Shown: one piece after another, positions 18,515 through 27,564 of the stretch | How positions within the stretch are numbered: position 1 is the first letter of the stretch | Layout of the letters: the number at the start of each line of letters is the position of its first letter | DNA from: a virus | Virus record (IMG/VR): IMGVR_UViG_3300032006_000003 | Location: 1-64,000 of that record | DNA: 64,000 nt | Strand: one strand, 5' to 3' | Translations under genes and position numbers: made by a program | The notes under the pieces: model-generated | What the model was told of the DNA's origin: nothing | Seen by the model: only the letters and a program-made list of their open reading frames with translations | Databases searched by the model: none

Positions 18515-18757
18515 TCAATTATTTGTTTTAACATTTGATGTTACTTCATCCATTGTAAATAAGGGGCGTTGCCCTGTTAAATCTTTTATATATGCTAATG
18601 CTTCATGTAAGTCTTCAAACTTCTCTTCTCTTGTATGGTATATCTTAGTTACATCTGATAATACATTGACTGATATCTTACCCTTATCCGTTACTGCTAT
18701 CCACATTTTGTTTCCGTCCTTGGTAAAAATAAGACTGTCATTAGGATGTGCTACCAT
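18515..18757 (-). CDS. hypothetical protein
   Basis: GGAGG RBS. Confidence 0.6.
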   Translation of the reverse strand: MVAHPNDSLIFTKDGNKMWIAVTDKGKISVNVLSDVTKIYHTREEKFEDLHEALAYIKDLTGQRPLFTMDEVTSNVKTNN

Positions 18758-18768
18758 ATAACCTCCGT

Positions 18769-18969
18769 TTATGTTGCTGGTTTCTCCACCTCGATTAATG
18801 CTTGCGTTGCATCCTGTACCTTACATAACCTACAACGCCGCCATGTAATCTTAGCCTGATATTTGACATCTAAGTTATTTAATTGAAGAGAGAAGCTACC
18901 TTTAGCAGCTGGGTTCTCATCACATATAATACAATGGGATACAATATACTTATGTAATTCCACAGTCAT
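18769..18969 (-). CDS. small Zn-binding protein
   Basis: CIIC..CRLC. Confidence 0.55.
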   Translation of the reverse strand: MTVELHKYIVSHCIICDENPAAKGSFSLQLNNLDVKYQAKITWRRCRLCKVQDATQALIEVEKPAT

Positions 18970-18978
18970 ACCATTCTC

Positions 18979-19449
18979 CTATACTTTATTTCTGCTTACA
19001 GTTAAGTTAGATTGAGGTCCAATATCATATTCAAGTAATGCTGGAAGTATCTTTGGAGATTTGCTAGGATTAATCATTGCTTGGCTTGTTAACGTTTTAG
19101 ACCCGCCTTCAAATTCAATTTTTCCTCCGCCATCTCCACCACTACTGCCTGAACTACTCCCCCCTGTTATAGCTTTAAAAACTTCAATAGCCTTTTCCAT
19201 TTTATCCTGATAGCCTGAATTAAAATCATCAACCTCAAAGTCTGTGTCTGTTCCGGGTTTAAATGTAGGAACTACTTCCTGATTCGTAGATAGATTTGCT
19301 ACTTGACTCGCTACATTTTTTGCGTTTGAAGGGGCCTCTTTAGGCTGCTGCCTTATATAATTTATGCCTGCTTGTACACCACCGCTACCTCCTGAAGTTG
19401 AAGGACCTGTAATCGCTTTATTAATTCCAAATGTTTTACGTACATTCAT
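18979..19449 (-). CDS. low-complexity protein with duplicated KAITGxSxSGxSGG; candidate head-internal protein
   Basis: ORF track; internal repeat. Confidence 0.6.
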   Translation of the reverse strand: MNVRKTFGINKAITGPSTSGGSGGVQAGINYIRQQPKEAPSNAKNVASQVANLSTNQEVVPTFKPGTDTDFEVDDFNSGYQDKMEKAIEVFKAITGGSSSGSSGGDGGGKIEFEGGSKTLTSQAMINPSKSPKILPALLEYDIGPQSNLTVSRNKV

Positions 19450-19616
19450 TCGCTATTTACTCCACACATACAGTTACCTCCACAAGGACATCCATTCATT
19501 GTAAAGTCAGCACATTGATCACACTCACAATCACCAGTACATAAACATATAGATTCTTCTATACATATACATATTTCACTATCAATATCACATATACATT
19601 CCGTTGTTATATTCAT
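19446..19616 (-). CDS. metallothionein-like Cys-rich protein (56 aa, 13 Cys)
   Basis: Manual translation MNITTECICDIDSEICICIEESICLCTGDCECDQCADFTMNGCPCGGNCMCGVNSE; ATGA overlaps at both ends. Confidence 0.75.
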   Translation of the reverse strand: MNITTECICDIDSEICICIEESICLCTGDCECDQCADFTMNGCPCGGNCMCGVNSE

Positions 19617-20266
19617 TGTTGTTTCCTTCTCCCACGAAAATCTAATCCACGACTCTCGTTAAACTGTTTTCTTTGATACTCTTCTTCCATCTGATTTACG
19701 GCATCTTCTGTGGGTTTGCCCGGATTGATTCCAGTACTTCTTACATACGCTTCAAAACCCCGTCGTCGTTGTCTTGTTCGTGCCTCAGTTATCTTAGAAC
19801 GATCATCTTTAGGTTTGCGTCTTGATAAATCTCGTAGTTCAAACCGATGATCTCGCATGGAATTAATATTAACTTCATCTTCCATGTATGGGGTTTCTTT
19901 CATTGCATCTCGTACATGTGTTAATAATTCATCAGGATGATATGAATCGTTTAATGCATCTCTCCATCTAACTCCTTTTTCTGCTAAAGGATTTTGCATA
20001 TTAGATAGGTCTGCTTCATTTCCTGCGATATGCCTAAAATTACGAATCCCTGTCAATAAAGTTTGCGGGGTTCCTTCGTAAATATTATTTTTATATTCTT
20101 CATGTTGTGGACCGAAATCTTCTTTATCTGAAATACGTAACGTATAATCTTTATCAGGATGTAACTCCCGTGGGTCATAACGCATTTTTCCTTTTGCCAT
20201 AGCAACCCCCAATGATTTTCGTAATCTTCGGTTCCTTGCTTTTCGTAAGGCTACGTATCTTTTCAT
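19613..20266 (-). CDS. charged hypothetical protein (candidate head-internal)
   Basis: ORF track. Confidence 0.6.
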   Translation of the reverse strand: MKRYVALRKARNRRLRKSLGVAMAKGKMRYDPRELHPDKDYTLRISDKEDFGPQHEEYKNNIYEGTPQTLLTGIRNFRHIAGNEADLSNMQNPLAEKGVRWRDALNDSYHPDELLTHVRDAMKETPYMEDEVNINSMRDHRFELRDLSRRKPKDDRSKITEARTRQRRRGFEAYVRSTGINPGKPTEDAVNQMEEEYQRKQFNESRGLDFRGRRKQQ

Positions 20267-20279
20267 TTATGTTTAACCT

Positions 20280-20432
20280 CTATTCACTTTCAAGTACTTT
20301 CATTCCTAATGCAATAATACCACCAGTACAGCCCGTCGCAATTTCATTCATTCCATAGTATAGACCTACTCCTGAGAGTATACCTAGTACTATTATCGCC
20401 ATAAATATCTGTGGTCTTAATTTCCCCATCAT
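20280..20432 (-). CDS. two-TM small membrane protein (holin-like candidate, 50 aa)
   Basis: Manual translation MMGKLRPQIFMAIIVLGILSGVGLYYGMNEIATGCTGGIIALGMKVLESE; GAGG RBS. Confidence 0.6.
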   Translation of the reverse strand: MMGKLRPQIFMAIIVLGILSGVGLYYGMNEIATGCTGGIIALGMKVLESE

Positions 20433-20443
20433 TATATCCTCTC

Positions 20444-20584
20444 CTAATACCACCTATCATATCTTGGTGGTTGCTTCTTCTCCCCTACATTTTCAATCTC
20501 TTCCCAATATTTAACTGAATCATATGATCTATCTCTAGTAGTCATGGCGAACCATCTCCATAGAGATCGCAGGACTCTTATCAT
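20444..20584 (-). CDS. 46-aa hypothetical protein
   Basis: Manual translation MIRVLRSLWRWFAMTTRDRSYDSVKYWEEIENVGEKKQPPRYDRWY; ATGA coupling. Confidence 0.5.
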   Translation of the reverse strand: MIRVLRSLWRWFAMTTRDRSYDSVKYWEEIENVGEKKQPPRYDRWY

Positions 20585-22653
20585 TTATAGTTCCTTCTCC
20601 TATCAATATTTTTGGCAAGGGAAACCATTGTATCGTACATGCCATCTAATGTCTTATATAATTTCTGCATCTTCTCAGGACCTGATACTATTGATCGTCC
20701 GCCCCGTTCTCCCATCCACTTATCATATTTATCTTTTGTCTGTTTAGCCTTCCTTTCTTTAGCACGATCTGGATGTTGTCTATAAGCCTCTCTAGCCTTC
20801 TGTTCTTCTCGTTCACGATCCCTGTTTGTGTTACCTATTCTACCTTCTTCATAGTAAGAACCCTCACCATGTCTTTCAGAAAGCAATCGTCCTCGATCAT
20901 CTGTTTGTTCTTCAATAGGTTTCTTCGCTTCTCTAGACCTTCGTTCTACTTCTCTCCGATGGCTAGGATGGCTATCGCCCCATATCTGATCATCCCATCC
21001 TCCTTTATCATCCCAATCTTCTTTTACAGCATCTCCCACATCTGCATATATTGTATCTGACCAATCTCGTGTCTGTCTTCCAACTGGTCCTTCTCTTTTT
21101 CCTGTTGGGGCAGTAGGTATACCCTGTAGAAACGCATCATCAGGATATTGATCTTTTAATCCTTGTGTAGCCATCATACCACCAGATGTCCGATTCGCAT
21201 GACTATCCAAAAATTGTGGGTTTCCTTCCTCTGGAGAATCGTCACCCTTCTTTCCTTTAAAAGGATTCCAATCTTTCATCATTTGAGCAGCCATAACATA
21301 TTGTTTCAATAGTTTTTGAGAAGCGTAACTATCTATCCCTGTATCAGGAGCCTGCTTATATAATTTAAGTAATCGTTTAGTTAATGACATTGTTTCTTTG
21401 CCCTCCCTATTAGTAGCCTTTGGTGATTTAGAATAAGACGGAGCATCTTCATCATTAATCTCCGCAATCATTTCACTATTCTCTGCAACAATCCACGGTG
21501 GTTTATTATGCATGACCACACCCTTACCATCAGTCTCCACTTCTGCGTAACGTTGATATCGTCCAGCAGCAGGATCAATCTCTGATGGGAAGCCATACTC
21601 TCGTAATAGATGATCATGTTCCCGTTTCCGTGCTTCATAGTTATGTAATGTAGTAAAGGACTCTCCCGTTTTTAATGGGTCTTTCCCGGATGATTTGCCA
21701 GTAGCCTTAGTATTTTTGTGATTTATGTCAAAGTCTACTTTTTGTTTCAATAGTTTTTGTGATGGATGGTTAGCATCATAATGCGCTTCAGGATTTTCTC
21801 CTTGTCGTTGTCGTAGTGCTTCATTAGCAGCTGAAAAATCCAGCTTGATTTTCCCGCCTTTTTTAGCAGGACCTCTACCTCGCATATCTTGAATTTCTTC
21901 CGCACTTAATTCAGGAAACTGTTCTTCATATGCTTTATCTGGACCTTTAGGAAAATGTCTTGCTAAAGCATCCTCAAGATGTCGGGAGCCTCTCCTTCTT
22001 TTTCCACCAAAATCTTTTGACGGACCTTCACCTTCAACATCAATAGAAGGATTTCTTTTTTTAGCCCTATCGTAAGCAGATTCTTTCTCCTCATGTTCCT
22101 TCAATAGTTTCAGAAACTTTTCTACATTGGGGTCCCTACTACTTCCCTCATCATATGCTGAGTAAGGAGAATCTGGAGTCCAAGGTTTAAATTTTCTTTT
22201 CCCCGGTATTTGACTCTCAGGCATCTCAACAACATTGCCTTCATTTGTTTCAAGCATTGCTATTCGTTCTTCTTGAGTTGGCTTACTAGGATTCCTATTT
22301 GAAAGTTCTTCATACTCTCGTATCAAAGCTTCTTCTAAAGTCTCACCGGGTCTTCGGTTCCCCTTCAAACCACCCTTCAAAAGTTGATTTGCTCTAGCAA
22401 AAGACTTCAACATTTCGGTAGAGAATACCATATTCTGCATTCCTCCCCCTCGTCCTCCTCGTCCTGCCATAGTTTCGTCATGCATAGGACCACCTTGCCC
22501 CATATCTTTAGGTTTACGAACCCAATGTCCAATAGCAGCAGAGTCCATTCCTAGTTGCCGATAATTTTCTTCGGTTACTAAGTCGTGAGTATCTGCCGAA
22601 GGTAAACCTTCTTTCGCAGTATATTTACTTCCTCTTCGTTGTTTTCCCGGCAT
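20581..22653 (-). CDS. large charged, disordered protein (candidate head-internal/ejection protein)
   Basis: 690 aa; repeated (Q/K)LLK segments; AGGAGG RBS. Confidence 0.6.
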   Translation of the reverse strand: MPGKQRRGSKYTAKEGLPSADTHDLVTEENYRQLGMDSAAIGHWVRKPKDMGQGGPMHDETMAGRGGRGGGMQNMVFSTEMLKSFARANQLLKGGLKGNRRPGETLEEALIREYEELSNRNPSKPTQEERIAMLETNEGNVVEMPESQIPGKRKFKPWTPDSPYSAYDEGSSRDPNVEKFLKLLKEHEEKESAYDRAKKRNPSIDVEGEGPSKDFGGKRRRGSRHLEDALARHFPKGPDKAYEEQFPELSAEEIQDMRGRGPAKKGGKIKLDFSAANEALRQRQGENPEAHYDANHPSQKLLKQKVDFDINHKNTKATGKSSGKDPLKTGESFTTLHNYEARKREHDHLLREYGFPSEIDPAAGRYQRYAEVETDGKGVVMHNKPPWIVAENSEMIAEINDEDAPSYSKSPKATNREGKETMSLTKRLLKLYKQAPDTGIDSYASQKLLKQYVMAAQMMKDWNPFKGKKGDDSPEEGNPQFLDSHANRTSGGMMATQGLKDQYPDDAFLQGIPTAPTGKREGPVGRQTRDWSDTIYADVGDAVKEDWDDKGGWDDQIWGDSHPSHRREVERRSREAKKPIEEQTDDRGRLLSERHGEGSYYEEGRIGNTNRDREREEQKAREAYRQHPDRAKERKAKQTKDKYDKWMGERGGRSIVSGPEKMQKLYKTLDGMYDTMVSLAKNIDRRRNYK

Positions 22654-22670
22654 GACTTACCTCCTATGGT

Positions 22671-22680
22671 TATTATACTA
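22671..22680 (-). promoter_or_regulatory. putative late promoter TAGTATAATA
   Basis: Exact motif just upstream of the AGGAGG RBS. Confidence 0.5.
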
Positions 22681-24370
22681 TATCGAGTATCTCTTTCGCT
22701 AGGGCGTACTCAGTTTCCATACGTAACGTATCTTTTTGTATAGGTAACCCTTTTAATATTTCAAGTGCTTTAACGTGTTCTTTTATTAATTTTTGTGGCA
22801 TCATCAGAGACAATCCATAGAAAGTGTCGCTTAACGATTCAGGTGCTTTCCACGGTTTCTGATTATTTGATGCCTGCATTGATTCCGAAAGAGCAGCAGC
22901 ACTACTATTTGCTGGCTGCTTTGCTGTAACCGTGTGGGCAGTATTAACCGGGGGCTTTGTAAAATTAGTTGCATTTACAGGCTTATACTTAACGCTAGTA
23001 GACGTTACTGTATTATGAGCAGCTGGATTTTGAATACTATTAGATGCTACGGCTCTTGGTGGTGGTGTACCACTTGTAGTCTTTAGTCCTGAATTAGGAT
23101 CGTTAGGATTATTTAAGTTCATATTATAGTTAGGATTCTCTGTTTTGAACTTAGCTTGAGCCTCTGCCCCAACAGGTGTATTATATTTATCGTATTGAGC
23201 AGCCATTCTCTCAGCAGCTGCTCTACGAGGATCATCTGCTCGTAAATCCGCAGGAAGTTCTAAAGTATCGTTATCACCCGAACCAAACCGATAAACAACC
23301 ATATCTCCTTTCTGGCCTGCAAAGTCCTCATCAACAACATCAGTACGAATTTCTTTCCCTGTAATACTTGTTTGTGTCATAGCACCTTTTTGTTTATCTT
23401 CTATAGGAGTTATTGCAGTATCATCTGATCTATATTGTTTACCTGTAGCTGGGTTAACAACAGTAGGTGTAGGTGCAACATCGGACTCCAGATTCTCCTT
23501 ACCTCCGCTACCAGCAGCACTACTACCAGCAGCATCACTACCAGTAGCAGCATTTCCGCCACCAGCGGGGGCAGCGGCTGCCTCATTAGCTGTCTCAGTA
23601 GTAATTGATGCTACATCAACCCAACCAGTATCAGATTCATTTCGCTGGAAAGTTTGATTCCCCAGACGATAATATGTTTGTCCATCTGCACCAATATATT
23701 CACCATCAATATTATTGTCAGCAGATGCAACCTCATCTACAGGATTAGGATCGTCACCATCAACAGCCTCAAGAGCAGCATTAGCTGCGTTATTTGCATC
23801 AATAGTTTCATTCAAGTCTGCATTAGCAGCAGCACCTTTAGCGGCTTCAGCATCAGCAGCTGCTTGGTCTGCAACCTCAATTCGCATTTGATTATCTATA
23901 AAATCTTGTTCAGAGTATCCGGGGTCATCCTCAAAGATTTCATTATAAGGAGGCTTAGACCACCACGGATCACCACCTACAGCTGTGTCTGCGGGTGCTT
24001 CTACATTAGCGGTTGGAGTAGTAGCAGCATCAGGATCAAAAGTACCTTCTGGATACCCTACAATATTACCAGATGAATCTCTATAAACTCCTTCAACTTC
24101 TGAATCATCAATATCATCTGGATTCATATTTCGTAATTTAGCTAATGCTTCTTTAGCTTCCTGCCTAAGAGTAGCCTCTGTATCTCCACCCCCATCATCT
24201 TGTGATGCTGGTGCTTCAGGATTAGCGGCGTATCCGGGGTCACCGGGAAACTGTACAGTTGTATCATCTCTAGGTGTACCGTCATGTTTATGCGTAGCTT
24301 GTGTACCCATTTGATGTTTGAGCAATTCTTCTGCCCTTGTGTATGCTTTTAATAACTTTAATTTATTCAT
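22673..24370 (-). CDS. Ala/Asp-rich disordered protein (candidate head-internal protein)
   Basis: 565 aa, low complexity; LLKA/LLKH at the N-terminus. Confidence 0.6.
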   Translation of the reverse strand: MNKLKLLKAYTRAEELLKHQMGTQATHKHDGTPRDDTTVQFPGDPGYAANPEAPASQDDGGGDTEATLRQEAKEALAKLRNMNPDDIDDSEVEGVYRDSSGNIVGYPEGTFDPDAATTPTANVEAPADTAVGGDPWWSKPPYNEIFEDDPGYSEQDFIDNQMRIEVADQAAADAEAAKGAAANADLNETIDANNAANAALEAVDGDDPNPVDEVASADNNIDGEYIGADGQTYYRLGNQTFQRNESDTGWVDVASITTETANEAAAAPAGGGNAATGSDAAGSSAAGSGGKENLESDVAPTPTVVNPATGKQYRSDDTAITPIEDKQKGAMTQTSITGKEIRTDVVDEDFAGQKGDMVVYRFGSGDNDTLELPADLRADDPRRAAAERMAAQYDKYNTPVGAEAQAKFKTENPNYNMNLNNPNDPNSGLKTTSGTPPPRAVASNSIQNPAAHNTVTSTSVKYKPVNATNFTKPPVNTAHTVTAKQPANSSAAALSESMQASNNQKPWKAPESLSDTFYGLSLMMPQKLIKEHVKALEILKGLPIQKDTLRMETEYALAKEILDIV

Positions 24371-24371
24371 G

Positions 24372-25895
24372 TTAATTTCCTAAATTAGATTTATTTTGTA
24401 AGCCGTAGGGTCCCCAATTAAAGCTAGGAGGTTCTTCATTTAATGTCCATTGCTGTTGAGCATCCGATAGATACTTAACCATAGCTGTTATATTATCTCC
24501 TTCTTCTACCTCCCACTTAGTATCAACCGTCACATCTGCGGGAGTTGGTTTTAATCCTGTCTTTAAAGCATTGCCCGTATTGGAAAACCATCCATCAGGT
24601 ATAGGATCAAACTTAGTAAGAAACTTCTGTAGTTTATCTATATCAGATTCTTCTTCATCCTCCGTATCCCATTTGGCTTGAAGTTCAGGAGGAACCTCCG
24701 CAGCCGATGTAGGTTCGGTATCTTGATCAGGATTCCGTGGCATAATAACATCATCTAAAACGCTATCTTCCATACTATGGGGGGCTTTAAACCTTGTAAT
24801 GAGGTTTTCTATCTCGTCACCACTTAGATGATCGGGGATATCCTCCTTTGTTTTTATCAAGTCTAAAAATGAGCGGGTGAAATCTATTGATCCATCCTCT
24901 CTTTTACTTAGATGTATCTCAATTGAGATGCCTTCTTCCTCTTCTGTGTCCAATGTGTGAGGCGAATCCTCTTCAGGTTTATATAGAGTACAGTAATCAT
25001 CTGCTTCTATATCTCCTGACACCGTTTCACAGGAGTTCTCTTGTTCATTAAAGTATATACAAGAGCCACATGCTATATTCATTGCTAGTTCAGCGGGTGT
25101 AGATTCTCTATAACCACATTGTTCTTTAGATACCTTACCCGTCTGTTCACTCATATCTGCTTTTAATAGATCAAATGAAGCCCCTTGGTTAACACCTTTC
25201 TCACATACAGTAACTTCGGCAAGTTCCATCTCATCGACTTGCATGTATGGCATTAATCCTTTGGTCATGTTCTGAACCTTTGTAGCAGACCCCGCAATGG
25301 AATAGGATTTTAGTTTCCCTTGTTTAATTTGATCCCTTACTCTATCTGCGATCTTAGTATCATTCCGTATTTCACAGATAAAGAAGAGTCCTTTATCATT
25401 CACATCACTCTTATATATTTGTCCACCCTTTGTTATATAGGCTGGTAATGCCCAACCTACCTGTACATCAGAGTGGAGAACCATAGCGTTACGAGTACGG
25501 AAGTTTTCCATGTACTTTTTAAAAGCTGTTCGTAAGGCTCCTGTAGTAATCAAATGGCCTTCCCTGTCTATTAATTCGACTGATGCTGGCCCACCTACCA
25601 CCATAACACTCTCGTCGGGTATACCCATCGCCGCTTGTGTATAAGTGGGGCTATCAGGAAAGGCTCGTGATAAGGTCAGTATTTCAGCATCAGAGGCAAC
25701 TCCAGCATTAAAGAGCCTGTCAAACTCATCTAAGGCTTCGGTTATGTTTTCCATAGTAGTAGTTCCCCCAAATGTTTCTACAGGAGATTCTGCCTTTTCA
25801 AGAAACATAACCTCTGCATCTGAGGGAACTTGTTGAAATTGGTCACGAACTCCCAGAAAAAATGATCGGGGTTTGTGGCTTGTAAAAGTAACCAT
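24372..25895 (-). CDS. prohead protease (HK97/XkdF-type) with HiPIP-like Cys module
   Basis: ASVELIDREGH, VLHSD, LKSYSIAG, ELAEVTVCEKGVN; start MVTFT via TAATG overlap. Confidence 0.8.
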   Translation of the reverse strand: MVTFTSHKPRSFFLGVRDQFQQVPSDAEVMFLEKAESPVETFGGTTTMENITEALDEFDRLFNAGVASDAEILTLSRAFPDSPTYTQAAMGIPDESVMVVGGPASVELIDREGHLITTGALRTAFKKYMENFRTRNAMVLHSDVQVGWALPAYITKGGQIYKSDVNDKGLFFICEIRNDTKIADRVRDQIKQGKLKSYSIAGSATKVQNMTKGLMPYMQVDEMELAEVTVCEKGVNQGASFDLLKADMSEQTGKVSKEQCGYRESTPAELAMNIACGSCIYFNEQENSCETVSGDIEADDYCTLYKPEEDSPHTLDTEEEEGISIEIHLSKREDGSIDFTRSFLDLIKTKEDIPDHLSGDEIENLITRFKAPHSMEDSVLDDVIMPRNPDQDTEPTSAAEVPPELQAKWDTEDEEESDIDKLQKFLTKFDPIPDGWFSNTGNALKTGLKPTPADVTVDTKWEVEEGDNITAMVKYLSDAQQQWTLNEEPPSFNWGPYGLQNKSNLGN

Positions 25896-26908
25896 TAGCC
25901 AGAATGTACTCCCCATATGTATCCACGTATTGTAGTACCAGCACTAGAGGCAATTACACTAACTGAGTTGGCTTCTATAGGCCAATTAGTTTCAAATGTA
26001 TCTCCTCCTGCTATGGGAATTCCTTCTCCAGCTACGGCTACATCATCGAATGCTACGGTAATTATATTATTAGTAGCATGGTAACTTTCTTGATTAATTA
26101 TTTTAATTCCTCTTACATGGGTCATGCCTGAAAATTTTTGTGATGCCGACAAGTCTGCGGCTCCTTCCCAAACAAAACGTTCCCCTACAGAGGATAGTGG
26201 TTGATGCCCATCTACATATGCAGAGTGGGCGTTTTGAGTTCGTAATTCATACATAAACATATCAGCATACCAAGCTGTTGTATTGTTATTCCACATACTT
26301 CCTGAAGGGCGTACCTGAATTCTATATTCTTCAGACGTTCCAACTGGAACATGGTAAGCAACAGAGATGCGTTGGAATGACGTAGTTAAAGTAACTGCAT
26401 CTCCAGTAGCAAGGGTTGTAGTTCCTGCTGCATTTTGAATAACCATTTCGACAGCTGCCGTTGCCGACCCTGACTTCGCAACATAGACGGATGCTTCCAT
26501 CGCAGTTCCGTATCTACCACCGCCACCAATCTGTGGGGTTGCTACATAAAACCCATCCGCAGTAGTTGAGGTCGCTGCTCCACCACCACGAGTAACTTTT
26601 AGTCCATGAGCCACTCCATTAGGTGTAGTAGACCCACTAATAGCTTCTCCACTATATGCAACTCGTGCTAGGGTGACATCGCCACCACCAGTTTTAGTAT
26701 ACATTGTAATATCGGCGTTTTCAATGTTTGGGTTTGTGGCAAGATTTACGGCAGGGATTCCACGATTAGCTGTGTCCACTAAAGTCACAGCTGACGTACC
26801 TATGTCCTGTTGGGTTATTCCAATATATTTAGTCCATAAATGAACGCTGGACCGTGTACTTGGGTCTATCTCCCATGAGGTCCAATCTTCTGCACGTAAT
26901 GATGACAT
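25895..26908 (-). CDS. virion structural protein with carbohydrate-binding-like insert
   Basis: NLATNPNIE..VTLTTSFQRISV jelly-roll-like segment; lies in the head operon. Confidence 0.5.
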   Translation of the reverse strand: MSSLRAEDWTSWEIDPSTRSSVHLWTKYIGITQQDIGTSAVTLVDTANRGIPAVNLATNPNIENADITMYTKTGGGDVTLARVAYSGEAISGSTTPNGVAHGLKVTRGGGAATSTTADGFYVATPQIGGGGRYGTAMEASVYVAKSGSATAAVEMVIQNAAGTTTLATGDAVTLTTSFQRISVAYHVPVGTSEEYRIQVRPSGSMWNNNTTAWYADMFMYELRTQNAHSAYVDGHQPLSSVGERFVWEGAADLSASQKFSGMTHVRGIKIINQESYHATNNIITVAFDDVAVAGEGIPIAGGDTFETNWPIEANSVSVIASSAGTTIRGYIWGVHSG

Positions 26909-26918
26909 AATGTTTCTC

Positions 26919-27176
26919 CTATTTTAGTAGGCGCATCATACCAAAAATGGAACTAAGAACAAAGGTAGTATGTACTATAAGTAATCCTATACCTCCTGTT
27001 ATCCATTTAGCCCCTAAAAATTTGCTACGCCAATCCCGTATTTCGTCTACTTCCGAATCTATTTTTTCTAATCTAAGACATAAATTTGCATTTAAGTTAG
27101 CTTGAGTTTCTATATAATTATCTAATCTTTCCATGTATACAGCGAGTTTGACATTTAAATCGTTTTTCGCTGCCAT
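26919..27176 (-). CDS. coiled-coil + TM protein
   Basis: Heptads, then a C-terminal hydrophobic helix. Confidence 0.55.
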   Translation of the reverse strand: MAAKNDLNVKLAVYMERLDNYIETQANLNANLCLRLEKIDSEVDEIRDWRSKFLGAKWITGGIGLLIVHTTFVLSSIFGMMRLLK

Positions 27177-27180
27177 ACTA

Positions 27181-27504
27181 CTATCTACCGAAAGCTATAA
27201 TACGAACTACTTCAGCAACTGTACCAGTAGCTTCCTGAAGAGCATTACCATCTCCACTAGCCACATACAAATCAAGTGTTCCATTTGTGTAGTCATACTG
27301 TGGAACATAAGCAGAGTTTGCTCCTCCATCAGCTTCTGATGCACAAAGCATTATATGTATTGACTCTAGTCCTATATCGGTCGCTGAGATTGCGGCTCCT
27401 GCATATGAACCTGAAAACGTAACTGTTTTAATTACGTACTTATTATTACCGGGAACTCCTGCCATATCGGAAGCATTCCCCGGAGTTGTGATTGCAAATG
27501 CCAT
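27181..27504 (-). CDS. capsid-associated/decoration protein
   Basis: Immediately downstream of the major capsid gene; AAGGAGG RBS; small beta-rich protein. Confidence 0.55.
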   Translation of the reverse strand: MAFAITTPGNASDMAGVPGNNKYVIKTVTFSGSYAGAAISATDIGLESIHIMLCASEADGGANSAYVPQYDYTNGTLDLYVASGDGNALQEATGTVAEVVRIIAFGR

Positions 27505-27524
27505 TGTATTCCTCCTTACATATG

Positions 27525-27555
27525 AAGGGGGTAGAGCGTGAGAACCCTACCCCCA
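27525..27555 (-). terminator. hairpin after the major capsid gene (weak U tract)
   Basis: GGGGGTAGGG-TTCTCACG-CTCTACCCCC-TTCAT. Confidence 0.6.
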
Positions 27556-27564
27556 ACAATTTAA

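Noticed and set aside
21301-21759. 18-bp direct repeat TTGTTTCAATAGTTTTTG as an att site or DGR repeat
   Set aside because: Both copies are in frame and encode QKLLKQ within one protein, and no integrase or reverse transcriptase is present in the window.
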